From the NCBI GenBank assembly GCA_044347345.1, contig JBIKUX010000001.1:97024-161023 (forward strand): a stretch of DNA of 64,000 bases, written 5' to 3'. The notes below the pieces were generated by a model. That model was not told the DNA's origin. It was given only the letters and a program-made list of their open reading frames with translations, and did not search any database. Position 1 is the stretch's first letter. Each line of letters begins with the position of its first letter. The position numbers were made by a program, and so were the translations under genes. Origin of the DNA: Bdellovibrionota bacterium (GTDB taxonomy: Bacteria > Bdellovibrionota_C > UBA2361 > JBIKUX01). Shown here in pieces: positions 1 through 9,200 of the stretch.

Positions 1-138
1 TCTTTTTTCAAAAATTCTTCCCATCGAACTAACTCTCGAGTAAAAATTGTGCAAAAGATGGTTATACCGCTTGCACGCTTTACTTTCTAGGGTATTTATC
101 CAAAACATAAAAATTGAAGTTCTTAATATTCAAAAATA

Positions 139-3100
139 CTATGAGTTAGTATTCTGTGCGGATGCCTGATTAGGAGTTGCCTGATTAGGAGTTGCTGACC
201 CACTAGGGATGTTAGTTTGTGGCGCAGGGATATTCGACGCAGGGGTATTCGACGCAGGGGTATTCGGCGCAGGGGTATTACTAGTTGGTGACGGACTAAA
301 ACTTGGTGAACTGTTAGAGTAAAAATTCCTAAGCTGATCTGAACTTGCTCCTAAAACATCCCCCAGTGAAGTGCCCGGCGTTACACCTTGACCAAGGTTA
401 GTTGTGTTGATTCGGCTCATTAAACCTTGGAGTTCAGATGTAATACCGTCTGCTGGGTTCCCGTTTGGTTGAATCGCTTGATTGTTAGCCCATATACTCT
501 CTAATGACTGCTGACCAACTTCGGAATTAACACCGTTGGCAAGGTTATTAAACCAGTTAAAATACTCACCACGTAAAGGGTCGCTATATTGAGCTTGCAT
601 CTGCATATCTGTACCCAACATACCAAGCATAGCCATTCCCTCCATCGAAGCAGGTTTTTGACCTGCTGACAGCGTACCCGCTTGAACCTCTTGGGCCGCT
701 AAAGCACCTGATGCCTGATGCGCAAAGTTATTTAAAGCTGACCACCGCTCTTCACTTGCTCGCTGCTCGGCTGCTTGGTTTTGGCGGCCAGCGGCTTGGT
801 TATATCCTGCCGCTTGCCCTCCAGCGGAGAACGCTTTATTGACTTGCCCTGCTTGCTGAGCCTCTAGCTGTGCTTGCCTTTGGCGATTTGTCGTTTCAAT
901 ACCATACGTACCAAGAGCAGATGCTCCTTGCAGAAGCTGAGAAGCTGCACTGGTAACTCCTAAAACTGAGCTTATCCCAGTATTGAGTGCTGCACCCGCC
1001 GCACTACCAAGAGGTTTGTTAATAGCTCCGGCAATGGCACCTGCTGTTGAACTTAGTGCTCCCCCAAGGCTATTTGTACCCAAACCTAAATTTGCAGCTC
1101 CTACAAGAGCTGAAGTAGCTTGTGTAGCGGTTGATAGTCCAGATGTTCTTTGTTGAGCAGCAAGAGAATATTGTCTGGCTTGTTGGCCATACCCCTTTTC
1201 AAGAGCATTAGCGGCTGATTGCTCTTGTTGACCGCGCAGTCCTAAGTTACCGTAAGCAAGTGCATGAAATCCAAATTCATTTGGATCATTGCGCATTGCC
1301 TTACTATAAGCCATTTGCCCAACTGTGGCCTGATTTGAGCTAGCTCTAGCAGTTAGATCTCCAGTGTAACCTCTCCCAGCGGCGCGACCAGTTTCTTGCG
1401 CATAAGACTGAATCGATTGAGTAGCAAGAGATGCAGCTCCTGCCTTCGCCCCAAGAACTATTTGCCCTGTAACTGCCGGTACGGCAAAATACAAAGCCGC
1501 CATAAGATAGATATAATACGAATTCGTTAAATCTAAATCCATTGCGGCTCCAAGCACCATGGATTTATCTAAAATCCGCATTGTATCAAACCAGGAAATA
1601 AGATTTGAACCATTAGCTCCTAAGCTAGGAAGCGATACAGGCCCTGTTATTCCTGTTCCAAGAAGCCCTCCTCCTGCCGCTACCATCACCTTAGGTACCG
1701 CTCCTGGAGCGCAAATACCGTATGGCGGATTGACTCCAAAGGCTAGCAGTTGCGACGGACATGTTACTTGCACCATCCCATGCTGTTGCATTGACCATAC
1801 TTTTGAGAACAATTTTACTGAGTCTGAGTTATTTCCAAGCATTGCCCAAATGCTTCGCTCAAGGGTAATGCATAACGCAAAACCTACATCCCATAATTTT
1901 ACCCAAGCCCAAAATGACATCCATGTAAATAAAATTTTATGCCATCCAGGAATTAGAATAAACAAACATACAAACGGGTAAGCGATAGACAGAAGATACA
2001 TAAGTACACCTTGTACATAAGGCATCATCATGGCCCAACTGTACACCTCGGTAAAACGGGACTGAGAACCTACAGTTGACTGATATATTTCACCATAGGC
2101 TACAGAGGAAGCACCACTACTCATTCGTACATCGTATGGTTTAGGTGCTATTGAGAATTCGTTACGAAACAAATGTACTAAAATTAAATCGGTTAAAAAT
2201 GCTGCTTGACCTTCTGGTGTTAAGCCACGCACAAGAGTAGCTGGATTAAGAGCACTTAAAATAGATTGCCATCCTCCTCCAAGAATTGCTCCTATTCCTC
2301 CGGAAAGTAGATTTTCTAACTCAAGAGCATGACGAGGCCACCCATAAAACAGAGTGTACATCATAGTAATTGGACTCACCCCAGCGGGAAGACCACTGAT
2401 CATCTGATAATAAATGTGTCCAGCTTCCCAACGAAATGCATGCACCAGAAGATAAAGATACTGATCACATCTAACAGTCTCGTAGATATTCTGCCTCTTA
2501 AAATCTTCTGTTTCAATGAAAGGAAACCCTCGTCTAAAACCTCCCACTGAATCCTTACTCAAAAAATCTCTCATCGACTTGGGAGTAGGTACAGCTAAAC
2601 TAGCTAAATATTTCGTGATCAGAACATACTGCCCGCCGTTACCTGTAATAGGAATTCCTAAAATATTAGCACTAGCTTCTTCCAAAAATACAGTATCAGG
2701 TACATTTGCTCCGGTAGAGTTATTAGCAGCTACAAACTTACCCTCATCAATACCTTTCCTAAAGGCATCACCGCATTCGCTTGATAAAAAACTAGTAAAA
2801 GCATCTCTTAAATCTGCACTTGATACCTTAGCTCCAGTTATATCTTGCAGGTATTTCCACTTTAAATTAGATAAAAGCCAATGCATGTCATCTGAAGGCT
2901 CACCGCTACCCGTGACGTTACCAAGTAGATCAGTAAGAGTGAATCCTCCATTATTAACAAATTGAGGGAGGTTACTCAGTAAAGATGAAAATATACTAGA
3001 TTCTGCTCCGGGCAAGTTAAATACGCCGGTCCACCGCATCATCCATTCAACAAAATCAGACAGAAGTGTATCGTACCATACAAACAGATTTGATACACGA

Positions 3101-3657
3101 ACTTTACCAATACTACGATTAAACTGTAAATCTAATCCTAAATCTCCGAGAGTATCATAAAAATCGTAAGACCCACTTTGCACAATATTAAGGGCTGCTA
3201 AACCAGGTTCCGCATTTTTCCAAACTTCTTTCTGAGCTGCTTTTTGTCGCTGAACATTATCCTCGACTTTTGGCCCTACATTCCACCGCACACCTGCTAT
3301 GGGAATAGTATCTTGTACTAACCAATGATAAATACCTGGGCCAATTAAAAACCAAAGGTACAACTTTGGAGGGAAACCCATAGCCATCCCAATTATTCCT
3401 GAGATAACAGCTATAGTATAAATTAGTATAGCCCAAGTTCCTAACCCACCTTGAGTAATATAAGAAAGAATATCAGCCTGAACCCAGTATCCTTGAGTGG
3501 CAAGCGCGGCAGTTTGAAGATGAAAAACTGAAGCTGGACAAGAACTGGGACCTCCTGGAGTAGAAGGTATGCAGTTTGAAGAGTCTGCAATAGATTGCAC
3601 ATCTACTATAAAGGAAAGTAAAGTTGCAAAAAACGTAACAAATGCGTCCGCTATCAC
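139..3657 (-). CDS. Large polytopic membrane protein (1172 aa) resembling the TraG N-terminal domain of F-type T4SS mating-pair-stabilisation proteins. Two blocks of TM helices flank a periplasmic region; the C-terminus is Gln/Ala/Gly-rich with Thr-Pro-Ala-Ser-Asn pentapeptide repeats. The gene runs toward the left edge of the window.
   Basis: Single uninterrupted 1172-aa ORF. N-terminal hydrophobic helices (GTWAILIYTIAVISGIIGMAMG, LYLWFLIGPGIYHWLV) and a second TM cluster around residues 560-720. Low-complexity C-terminal third. Operon context with TraF/TraU-like genes. The TraG_N assignment is from architecture and memory of the family, not from an alignment. Confidence 0.4.
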   Translation of the reverse strand: MIADAFVTFFATLLSFIVDVQSIADSSNCIPSTPGGPSSCPASVFHLQTAALATQGYWVQADILSYITQGGLGTWAILIYTIAVISGIIGMAMGFPPKLYLWFLIGPGIYHWLVQDTIPIAGVRWNVGPKVEDNVQRQKAAQKEVWKNAEPGLAALNIVQSGSYDFYDTLGDLGLDLQFNRSIGKVRVSNLFVWYDTLLSDFVEWMMRWTGVFNLPGAESSIFSSLLSNLPQFVNNGGFTLTDLLGNVTGSGEPSDDMHWLLSNLKWKYLQDITGAKVSSADLRDAFTSFLSSECGDAFRKGIDEGKFVAANNSTGANVPDTVFLEEASANILGIPITGNGGQYVLITKYLASLAVPTPKSMRDFLSKDSVGGFRRGFPFIETEDFKRQNIYETVRCDQYLYLLVHAFRWEAGHIYYQMISGLPAGVSPITMMYTLFYGWPRHALELENLLSGGIGAILGGGWQSILSALNPATLVRGLTPEGQAAFLTDLILVHLFRNEFSIAPKPYDVRMSSGASSVAYGEIYQSTVGSQSRFTEVYSWAMMMPYVQGVLMYLLSIAYPFVCLFILIPGWHKILFTWMSFWAWVKLWDVGFALCITLERSIWAMLGNNSDSVKLFSKVWSMQQHGMVQVTCPSQLLAFGVNPPYGICAPGAVPKVMVAAGGGLLGTGITGPVSLPSLGANGSNLISWFDTMRILDKSMVLGAAMDLDLTNSYYIYLMAALYFAVPAVTGQIVLGAKAGAASLATQSIQSYAQETGRAAGRGYTGDLTARASSNQATVGQMAYSKAMRNDPNEFGFHALAYGNLGLRGQQEQSAANALEKGYGQQARQYSLAAQQRTSGLSTATQATSALVGAANLGLGTNSLGGALSSTAGAIAGAINKPLGSAAGAALNTGISSVLGVTSAASQLLQGASALGTYGIETTNRQRQAQLEAQQAGQVNKAFSAGGQAAGYNQAAGRQNQAAEQRASEERWSALNNFAHQASGALAAQEVQAGTLSAGQKPASMEGMAMLGMLGTDMQMQAQYSDPLRGEYFNWFNNLANGVNSEVGQQSLESIWANNQAIQPNGNPADGITSELQGLMSRINTTNLGQGVTPGTSLGDVLGASSDQLRNFYSNSSPSFSPSPTSNTPAPNTPASNTPASNIPAPQTNIPSGSATPNQATPNQASAQNTNS
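223..279. repeat. Tandem 15-bp repeat (gcagggRtattcgRc), about 3.8 copies, inside the 3' end of the TraG-like gene. It encodes the N-T-P-A-S/P pentapeptide repeats.
   Basis: Direct reading gives gcagggatattcgac / gcaggggtattcgac / gcaggggtattcggc / gcaggggtatta. A second 2 x 15-bp repeat (cctgattaggagttg) lies at 165-194. Confidence 0.85.
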
Positions 3658-3813
3658 AACAATAATACCTCACGATACTAGAAAACCAAGATGAGCAACT
3701 TGAAAATGATTTGACTACAAATAATTTCAAGATCAGTTAATCTATATCTTCTAGTTCGACTAACAATCGGTATAGCTTGAATCAGAATTAAATTATCTAA
3801 TAGAAATTAAATT

Positions 3814-5619
3814 CTAATTTCCATTTCTACCAAATGAAAGTTGGGTACCACTACGACCCTTTTCAGCCTCACATTCTTCCAAAATTTTAGTAACTAAAGG
3901 CTTGATCTTATCTAACTCTGTAAATATTTGTTGGTCAGTAGATAAGCCTATTCGGTGCGCAAATAGCTTTTCTACGTCAGGAATAAGTGCTTCAAGGCCT
4001 GAAATTTGCTTCATAAAACCCAGAGTATCGAGCTTTAATCCATAAGAATTATTTAGTGCTACACCTTGTGCAAACTTGATAAGGCTATTGACTCTAAGTG
4101 AGGCGGATAAATCACCATTTTGACTCACAGTATCCCAATTAAGTGGACCATCTGGTGCAAATAAACCACACATCATCGATGAGCCTGAGCCTCCGCCATT
4201 ACTAGAATTCCCGCCATTTCCGTTAGGTACCCCTCCTGAAGACCATCCATCGTCAGTATTACTATTGGAACTTTTACCGAAATTTATACTAATTGATTCT
4301 CCTGCTGTTGGCTTACGAGAAGCCCCCCAAGGAGGGCGTGCGGCTCCTGTCGATGAGGAAGAGCCCTGACTCCAATTATTACTTAATGGTGGCAAGAAAT
4401 TTGCGAGTGAATTACTTCTTCCTGTATCACCACCACTTGATGAGGAGGTAGTGCGAGCAGCAGTATCATCTGAAAATCTGGTATAAACACACTCAGCTAT
4501 ATCAAGAAAACCTCCAACCCCTTGAATTTGAAGTCGCCTTAGCCTTTTAATGTTTTCAGGAGAGCCGTACGCTCCCATTTTAAGTCGAGCTGCTACAAGT
4601 AAAGAATCATCGTTACCCGCTGTAGCTGAAGAGATGCATCTTGCACTATTTTGATCAAACACCCCATGGGTCTTTACATTTACAGGTTCGTTTTCGCAAG
4701 CACATCTAGAATAAAGAATTGCCAGCATGTCTTCATAAGCCACCTTTGCTAAAAGGCGACGAAGTGCCTTAGGGTTATTATCGTCAACTGCAAGTAGGGG
4801 TGCTACTAGAAATAATTTATATTTATTATCTTCGGTAGCAGAGGGAATTTCTTCTTTACACATATCGCCAACAAAATTAAGCATTCTGTCAAGCTTTTCC
4901 TCAACTTGCGCACGCGCAATATCTATTTCATCAGGTCCTATACCACTCTCGTTCTGCCTAACATTTATCCACGCTCTAACCATATTTGAGGTACATATCG
5001 CTCCTGGTGGTGCACTTTCCCCACTTGGCAATCTGGTAATATCTATTGTTTCACCCCCTCCCTGCGGTTGACTTGGGTCATTTACTGTTTCATTAGGATT
5101 TGTAACGCAAGAATTTTGGATCTCACTAATACTGATATTAGGGTCTCTTCGTCGACCTTCTTGAATACAAGTGTCAATTGCTTGCTGATAAAACCTAGCT
5201 TGCTCTGGGCCTTGAGTCCTCTCTATGTAAGCAATTAAATCACCTATCTGAACTTTAAATGAGTTTTGCTGATTAACAAAATTCGCTATCGTACTTTGTT
5301 CAGCATTAGAAATAGCCGGCGCTACTAAACTTTTAGTTAGTGCAGTATCTACTAACGACTGATTAAGAGGATTTCGTGCATAAGGCAGATTACCTCCCAA
5401 TGAAGAAAACTCACAGTTACCAGATGCCTCATCACATTGAAAGTTAGATCCATCATTAGTAGTTGGTAAGGTGTCAGCTGGATTAGTAGTAGAATCCTCT
5501 GCTACCGCAAAATTATTAACAATTACTAGTAGGTAAAAACTTACCAAGCAAAGCTTTAACAGATATTTTCTTGGTGAATGGATAACGTTAAACGGAAGTT
5601 TTTTTGGCATGTTCTTCAT
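3814..5619 (-). CDS. Secreted Cys-rich protein (601 aa) with a Gly/Ser/Asn-rich insert; possible TraN- or TraH-like F-type T4SS periplasmic/outer-membrane component.
   Basis: N-terminal signal-like hydrophobic segment (LLKLCLVSFYLLVIVNNFAVA). About 12 Cys spread over the mature protein. A roughly 100-aa S/G/N-rich region (SSSSGGDTGRS...GGNSSNGGGSGSS). Co-oriented in the operon between the TraF-like and TraG-like genes. Confidence 0.3.
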   Translation of the reverse strand: MKNMPKKLPFNVIHSPRKYLLKLCLVSFYLLVIVNNFAVAEDSTTNPADTLPTTNDGSNFQCDEASGNCEFSSLGGNLPYARNPLNQSLVDTALTKSLVAPAISNAEQSTIANFVNQQNSFKVQIGDLIAYIERTQGPEQARFYQQAIDTCIQEGRRRDPNISISEIQNSCVTNPNETVNDPSQPQGGGETIDITRLPSGESAPPGAICTSNMVRAWINVRQNESGIGPDEIDIARAQVEEKLDRMLNFVGDMCKEEIPSATEDNKYKLFLVAPLLAVDDNNPKALRRLLAKVAYEDMLAILYSRCACENEPVNVKTHGVFDQNSARCISSATAGNDDSLLVAARLKMGAYGSPENIKRLRRLQIQGVGGFLDIAECVYTRFSDDTAARTTSSSSGGDTGRSNSLANFLPPLSNNWSQGSSSSTGAARPPWGASRKPTAGESISINFGKSSNSNTDDGWSSGGVPNGNGGNSSNGGGSGSSMMCGLFAPDGPLNWDTVSQNGDLSASLRVNSLIKFAQGVALNNSYGLKLDTLGFMKQISGLEALIPDVEKLFAHRIGLSTDQQIFTELDKIKPLVTKILEECEAEKGRSGTQLSFGRNGN

Positions 5620-5632
5620 TTAGAATATGACT

Positions 5633-6925
5633 TTATTTTGATTGAGACCTTTGCATCACATTTATAATTTCATCTAGAAAAAACCATTCACGATGCCCAA
5701 CCTCTGTCCATACTGTTTCACTATTTGGAGAGAAAAATACAAAAGTAGGAGCACTTCGAACGCCAATACCTTTCGCTACCTTTGTGCCTACTCGCAACGG
5801 CAATTTTATTTCTAACACCCTAGCAAAACGCTGAAAATCACCAGATGCTACGGAATCAAGCGACAAACCGACCGTTACAACTCTTGAATCGTCTTTACGC
5901 TTTTGCGCTAAGATATGCATAGCCTTGAGGGCTTTATGCGATTTAGGATCTTTCATTCGAAAAAAGAGAAATAACGACACTTTACCGTCTTTCGCAGACG
6001 GTAGCTTATGTAAGTACTCTCTCTGTATAAGATTTCTAATCGAGGCTTCATCAACAGCCTGATCTTTGCCAAGTCTTACATTACCAAATTTTTTTGTTTC
6101 TAGGTCGTCATCACTTTTTAAATATTTCTCTGTACTAAAATTAAGACGTTTATCCTCTTCAGCCTCTGCAGCAGCAAGAATATCTCTTACATGACCCGCT
6201 AATTTTGTTCCGTAAGCTACTTCTAGATTATTAGTGATATTTTTGGCTGCTCGCTCTTGTTCGAGCAATTTTCTTACTCCATCATATTCAGGATCTTCTT
6301 CATTTAATTTTGATTCAGGGCTAATACCTTCTGCGACTTTTGCAACTTCTTGTAATTTTGTAGCAAATGCTACTCTATTTTGTACATCCTGTAAATAACG
6401 CACAAATTGTCTGGCGTACTTAATAGCTAAATCATCTCTTCCTTCTTGCATAGCAATCATCATCGCCTTAAATGGCTTAGGTGCTTTTTCATCAGCTAAA
6501 ACCGGTGCATCTTCTTCCGGCTTGCCGGAAAGTTCTATGAGTCTTTCTTCTAATGTCTGCTCTTTTATGTCATTCTTCCCATCTGTTTCTTTCTCGGTAA
6601 AACCTTCTTCTTCAGTCTCATCAGATATAGGAATATCAGGATTTTCAGGAGGAAGAATGTGCACTACAGGCTTGTCAGTTAGCGAAGTTGCTGTAGCTGA
6701 AAACGGTGATTCAGCAGATCCGTGCAAAAAGAAATCCTTAGAGGCTCCACCGTTACCCTTACCACGAAGACTTTGCTCAAATGATGATAAATTATTTATT
6801 TTTGAATCAGCAGCACAGAAGTGCATAGCAAATAAACTACTCACAACAGTCATAATGAGTACCAATGCTAGAGTTACGCCTTTTTGGCGCCTTATAGTAA
6901 ATGACTTAAGTTTCACTCCTTTCAT
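5633..6925 (-). CDS. TraF-like periplasmic thioredoxin-fold protein (430 aa). It lacks a CxxC motif and carries a roughly 250-aa acidic/coiled N-terminal extension.
   Basis: Signal peptide (VTLALVLIMTVVSSLFA). The C-terminal ~110 aa (GKVSLFLFFRMKDPKSHKALK...VTVGLSLDS...IGVRSAPTFVFFSPNSETVW) matches the layout of the F-plasmid TraF family: a thioredoxin fold with Asp-Pro in place of CxxC, an SLDG-like strand, and the cis-Pro loop region. The N-terminus is rich in E/K/D. Confidence 0.45.
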   Translation of the reverse strand: MKGVKLKSFTIRRQKGVTLALVLIMTVVSSLFAMHFCAADSKINNLSSFEQSLRGKGNGGASKDFFLHGSAESPFSATATSLTDKPVVHILPPENPDIPISDETEEEGFTEKETDGKNDIKEQTLEERLIELSGKPEEDAPVLADEKAPKPFKAMMIAMQEGRDDLAIKYARQFVRYLQDVQNRVAFATKLQEVAKVAEGISPESKLNEEDPEYDGVRKLLEQERAAKNITNNLEVAYGTKLAGHVRDILAAAEAEEDKRLNFSTEKYLKSDDDLETKKFGNVRLGKDQAVDEASIRNLIQREYLHKLPSAKDGKVSLFLFFRMKDPKSHKALKAMHILAQKRKDDSRVVTVGLSLDSVASGDFQRFARVLEIKLPLRVGTKVAKGIGVRSAPTFVFFSPNSETVWTEVGHREWFFLDEIINVMQRSQSK

Positions 6926-7162
6926 CCAAAAAAATAATCTAATTAATAAAACCTAAAAGCCAGTACGAATTAATTTCCCTTACTCTCATCTAATCTAATT
7001 CAATCTATTCGAATTTTGCGCCTTCTCTAAACTCTCTAATGGTTAACTATTTAAAATAGTTATCATAAGCTACTTGGTAATCGTTTACATTAAGGGTCGG
7101 AAAGAGACCCCCTTAACTTTACGCTAGTCATGCCAGATTAGTATTTTTCTAAAATAATTTAG

Positions 7163-7813
7163 TTATTTAGGCCTATCTGTACCTGCTAATTTATCCGGAA
7201 TTATAAATTTCCCATCTGCTGTAAAAAATAGTTCGGGATTTGAAACTCCCTCTAAAATATAAGTTCCACCCTTTATCGTTACAATCCAGCTAGGGACTTT
7301 TTCAACAGGAATTTTGTCAGGTAAGCGAGATACTAATTTAACACGATTCACAATTTCAAATAGAGCCTGGCGTCTATCTATAGGGTCGGTTTTCTCAATA
7401 ATAGATTGGAAAAAAGGCATTACTTCTTCAGGCCTACCAAAAAGATAGAAAGGCTCAACGTAACTCTTTGTTTTTAAAATAATATCAGCAAAAAAGTTGA
7501 TATTAGCCTGTAAGGACTGAACATCTAAGCCACTTAACACGGCTCCAAAACCAATTACTTCATAAGCCTGCTTGATATCTTTAGAATTTAGAACTGTAGA
7601 TGTAACAACTATTTCACTTTTGTTACTATTTTCTTCTAAGGGAGCCTCAAGCTCAGTAAAATTAGTACTCTTGCTGGAAGAGGGTTGAGATGCAAAATTC
7701 TTTTTAAAAAATGAGTCTGGCCTTTCTTGTGCTTTTACTTTTTGATTAATAAAAGACCACACTATTATTAGTATTAAGCGTATAAAATACGGCGTACTTT
7801 TTCCTCTATTCAC
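7163..7813 (-). CDS. Secreted protein (216 aa); size and position fit a TrbC/TraW-like F-type T4SS periplasmic protein.
   Basis: Signal peptide (FIRLILIIVWSFINQKVKA). 8-bp overlap with the upstream gene, which implies translational coupling. Length is close to F TrbC/TraW (about 210 aa). No motif-level support. Confidence 0.25.
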   Translation of the reverse strand: MNRGKSTPYFIRLILIIVWSFINQKVKAQERPDSFFKKNFASQPSSSKSTNFTELEAPLEENSNKSEIVVTSTVLNSKDIKQAYEVIGFGAVLSGLDVQSLQANINFFADIILKTKSYVEPFYLFGRPEEVMPFFQSIIEKTDPIDRRQALFEIVNRVKLVSRLPDKIPVEKVPSWIVTIKGGTYILEGVSNPELFFTADGKFIIPDKLAGTDRPK

Positions 7814-9200
7814 AACTTTTCCTATCGAGAATAGGGCAAGTAGAAGCTAATACAACCCGCATGCCTGCAGGCTTTTCCGTAAACTTTATCCAATGAGTAG
7901 AAACCCACTCTGATTGCTCTTTAGGCATACCTTCACCAGCGGTTAAAACGGTAAACCCTGGCTCTATAGATAAGCACTGATTGTCATTAATATCATCTTT
8001 GTTATGAGCATGATGAATTTGCCATTTATCGCTCGATATTTCTTCGGGCGAGCGAATAGCATAAGTCCAGCCTTCAAGATTGCACATGACATTTGTTGTG
8101 TTCTGTGAGCCCGCTAAAGCTGCACTAGCTGTACCTCTAGAATTGTACCTAGCTCCCACAGGCACCTTACAACCGGCTAAACCTTTGCCAAAGGCACCAG
8201 CAGAAAACTCTTTCAAATCTTCTTTTTTTATATAGGGGTTACCGATACTCTTCGCGTTATAATTAATTACTTCTTGATTATAAATGCGATTCTTCTCACA
8301 AATCATGGGATCTTTAGTTAAGACTTCCTTAGTTAACTCTTTATATTTATTACTTATCATAGCTGTAGTAGCGTAAGTGCCAAGATGTGCAGGAAGATGC
8401 CTAAATTCATAAGATGAAGCATAAGTACCAACTTCACATTTTTTTAATTTAATACGAAGAAGTGGGTTTGGATTACTTATCTGGCGAGTTATGGGGCAAA
8501 TTGCAGAACACCATGCAGTGTTTGGTCCTTTAAAAAGAAGCTTCATTGCATCTTTCTTTTTATTCAGAGTATCTGCCACAACAGAAGCCTTAATGTTCCA
8601 AAATCTAGTTACGGGAGCCAGGCCTTTTTGAGTATTTGCTACATTTAATGAAGTAAACTGTGTAAAAAGCTCTTGCTCATAAAGTGATGTTAAAAAGGGA
8701 GGATTTAAAATAGCACTTTCAGCAATTTTTTTTTCAATATTCATTAAGACAGATGGAATAAAACCGCTAGTATAAGGCGTATTAGAACATACCATAGTAG
8801 TTGCAGGAGCTCGTCCATTCGGCATTGGCTTTACAGCCACTCCACCAAACAAGCCGCCGGTAAGTCCTACAGCCCAACACTGAGGATTATATGCAACACA
8901 CGGGTCAAAGGGATTTATAGATTTAACAAAAGTTTCACCAAAAACTCGTAGATTATTAGCTGTTACTTCAGGAAAAGAAGCGCCGTTAGCATATTTTATT
9001 TCTGTTGGAACTTCTGAATTGACAGGAACGGTCTTAATTTTTTCTCTAAGCTCCTTAACTGTAGGCTCCAAATCTTGTTCATACTTTTTTGTGGCTTCGC
9101 TATTATCTGCAAAAGAAACGGTAGGAACTACTACGAAAAAAACTACTAAAAATAAACAATAAAGCCTCGCTTGAATGGAGCTTCTAATATTCATCTCCAT
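7806..9200 (-). CDS. Secreted Cys-rich protein (464 aa); possible TraU-like F-type T4SS periplasmic component.
   Basis: Signal peptide (LYCLFLVVFFVVVPTVSFA). About 12 Cys in the mature part, including NPFDPCVAYNPQCWAVGL, which resembles the N-terminal Cys/Trp cluster of TraU. Overlaps both neighbours by 8-10 bp. Confidence 0.3.
   Translation of the reverse strand: MEMNIRSSIQARLYCLFLVVFFVVVPTVSFADNSEATKKYEQDLEPTVKELREKIKTVPVNSEVPTEIKYANGASFPEVTANNLRVFGETFVKSINPFDPCVAYNPQCWAVGLTGGLFGGVAVKPMPNGRAPATTMVCSNTPYTSGFIPSVLMNIEKKIAESAILNPPFLTSLYEQELFTQFTSLNVANTQKGLAPVTRFWNIKASVVADTLNKKKDAMKLLFKGPNTAWCSAICPITRQISNPNPLLRIKLKKCEVGTYASSYEFRHLPAHLGTYATTAMISNKYKELTKEVLTKDPMICEKNRIYNQEVINYNAKSIGNPYIKKEDLKEFSAGAFGKGLAGCKVPVGARYNSRGTASAALAGSQNTTNVMCNLEGWTYAIRSPEEISSDKWQIHHAHNKDDINDNQCLSIEPGFTVLTAGEGMPKEQSEWVSTHWIKFTEKPAGMRVVLASTCPILDRKSCE

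Noticed and set aside
1559-2965. Plus-strand ORFs (140, 73 and 149 aa) embedded antisense within the 1172-aa gene
   Set aside because: They are fully contained in a long, well-supported minus-strand CDS. They have low-complexity, Pro/Ser-rich translations typical of antisense frames, and no RBS context.
3473-3730. 85-aa Cys-rich ORF overlapping the start of the TraG-like gene
   Set aside because: It overlaps the 5' end of the 1172-aa gene in another frame. The Cys/Ser/Phe-rich composition is a consequence of the antisense, AT-skewed frame, so it is likely spurious.
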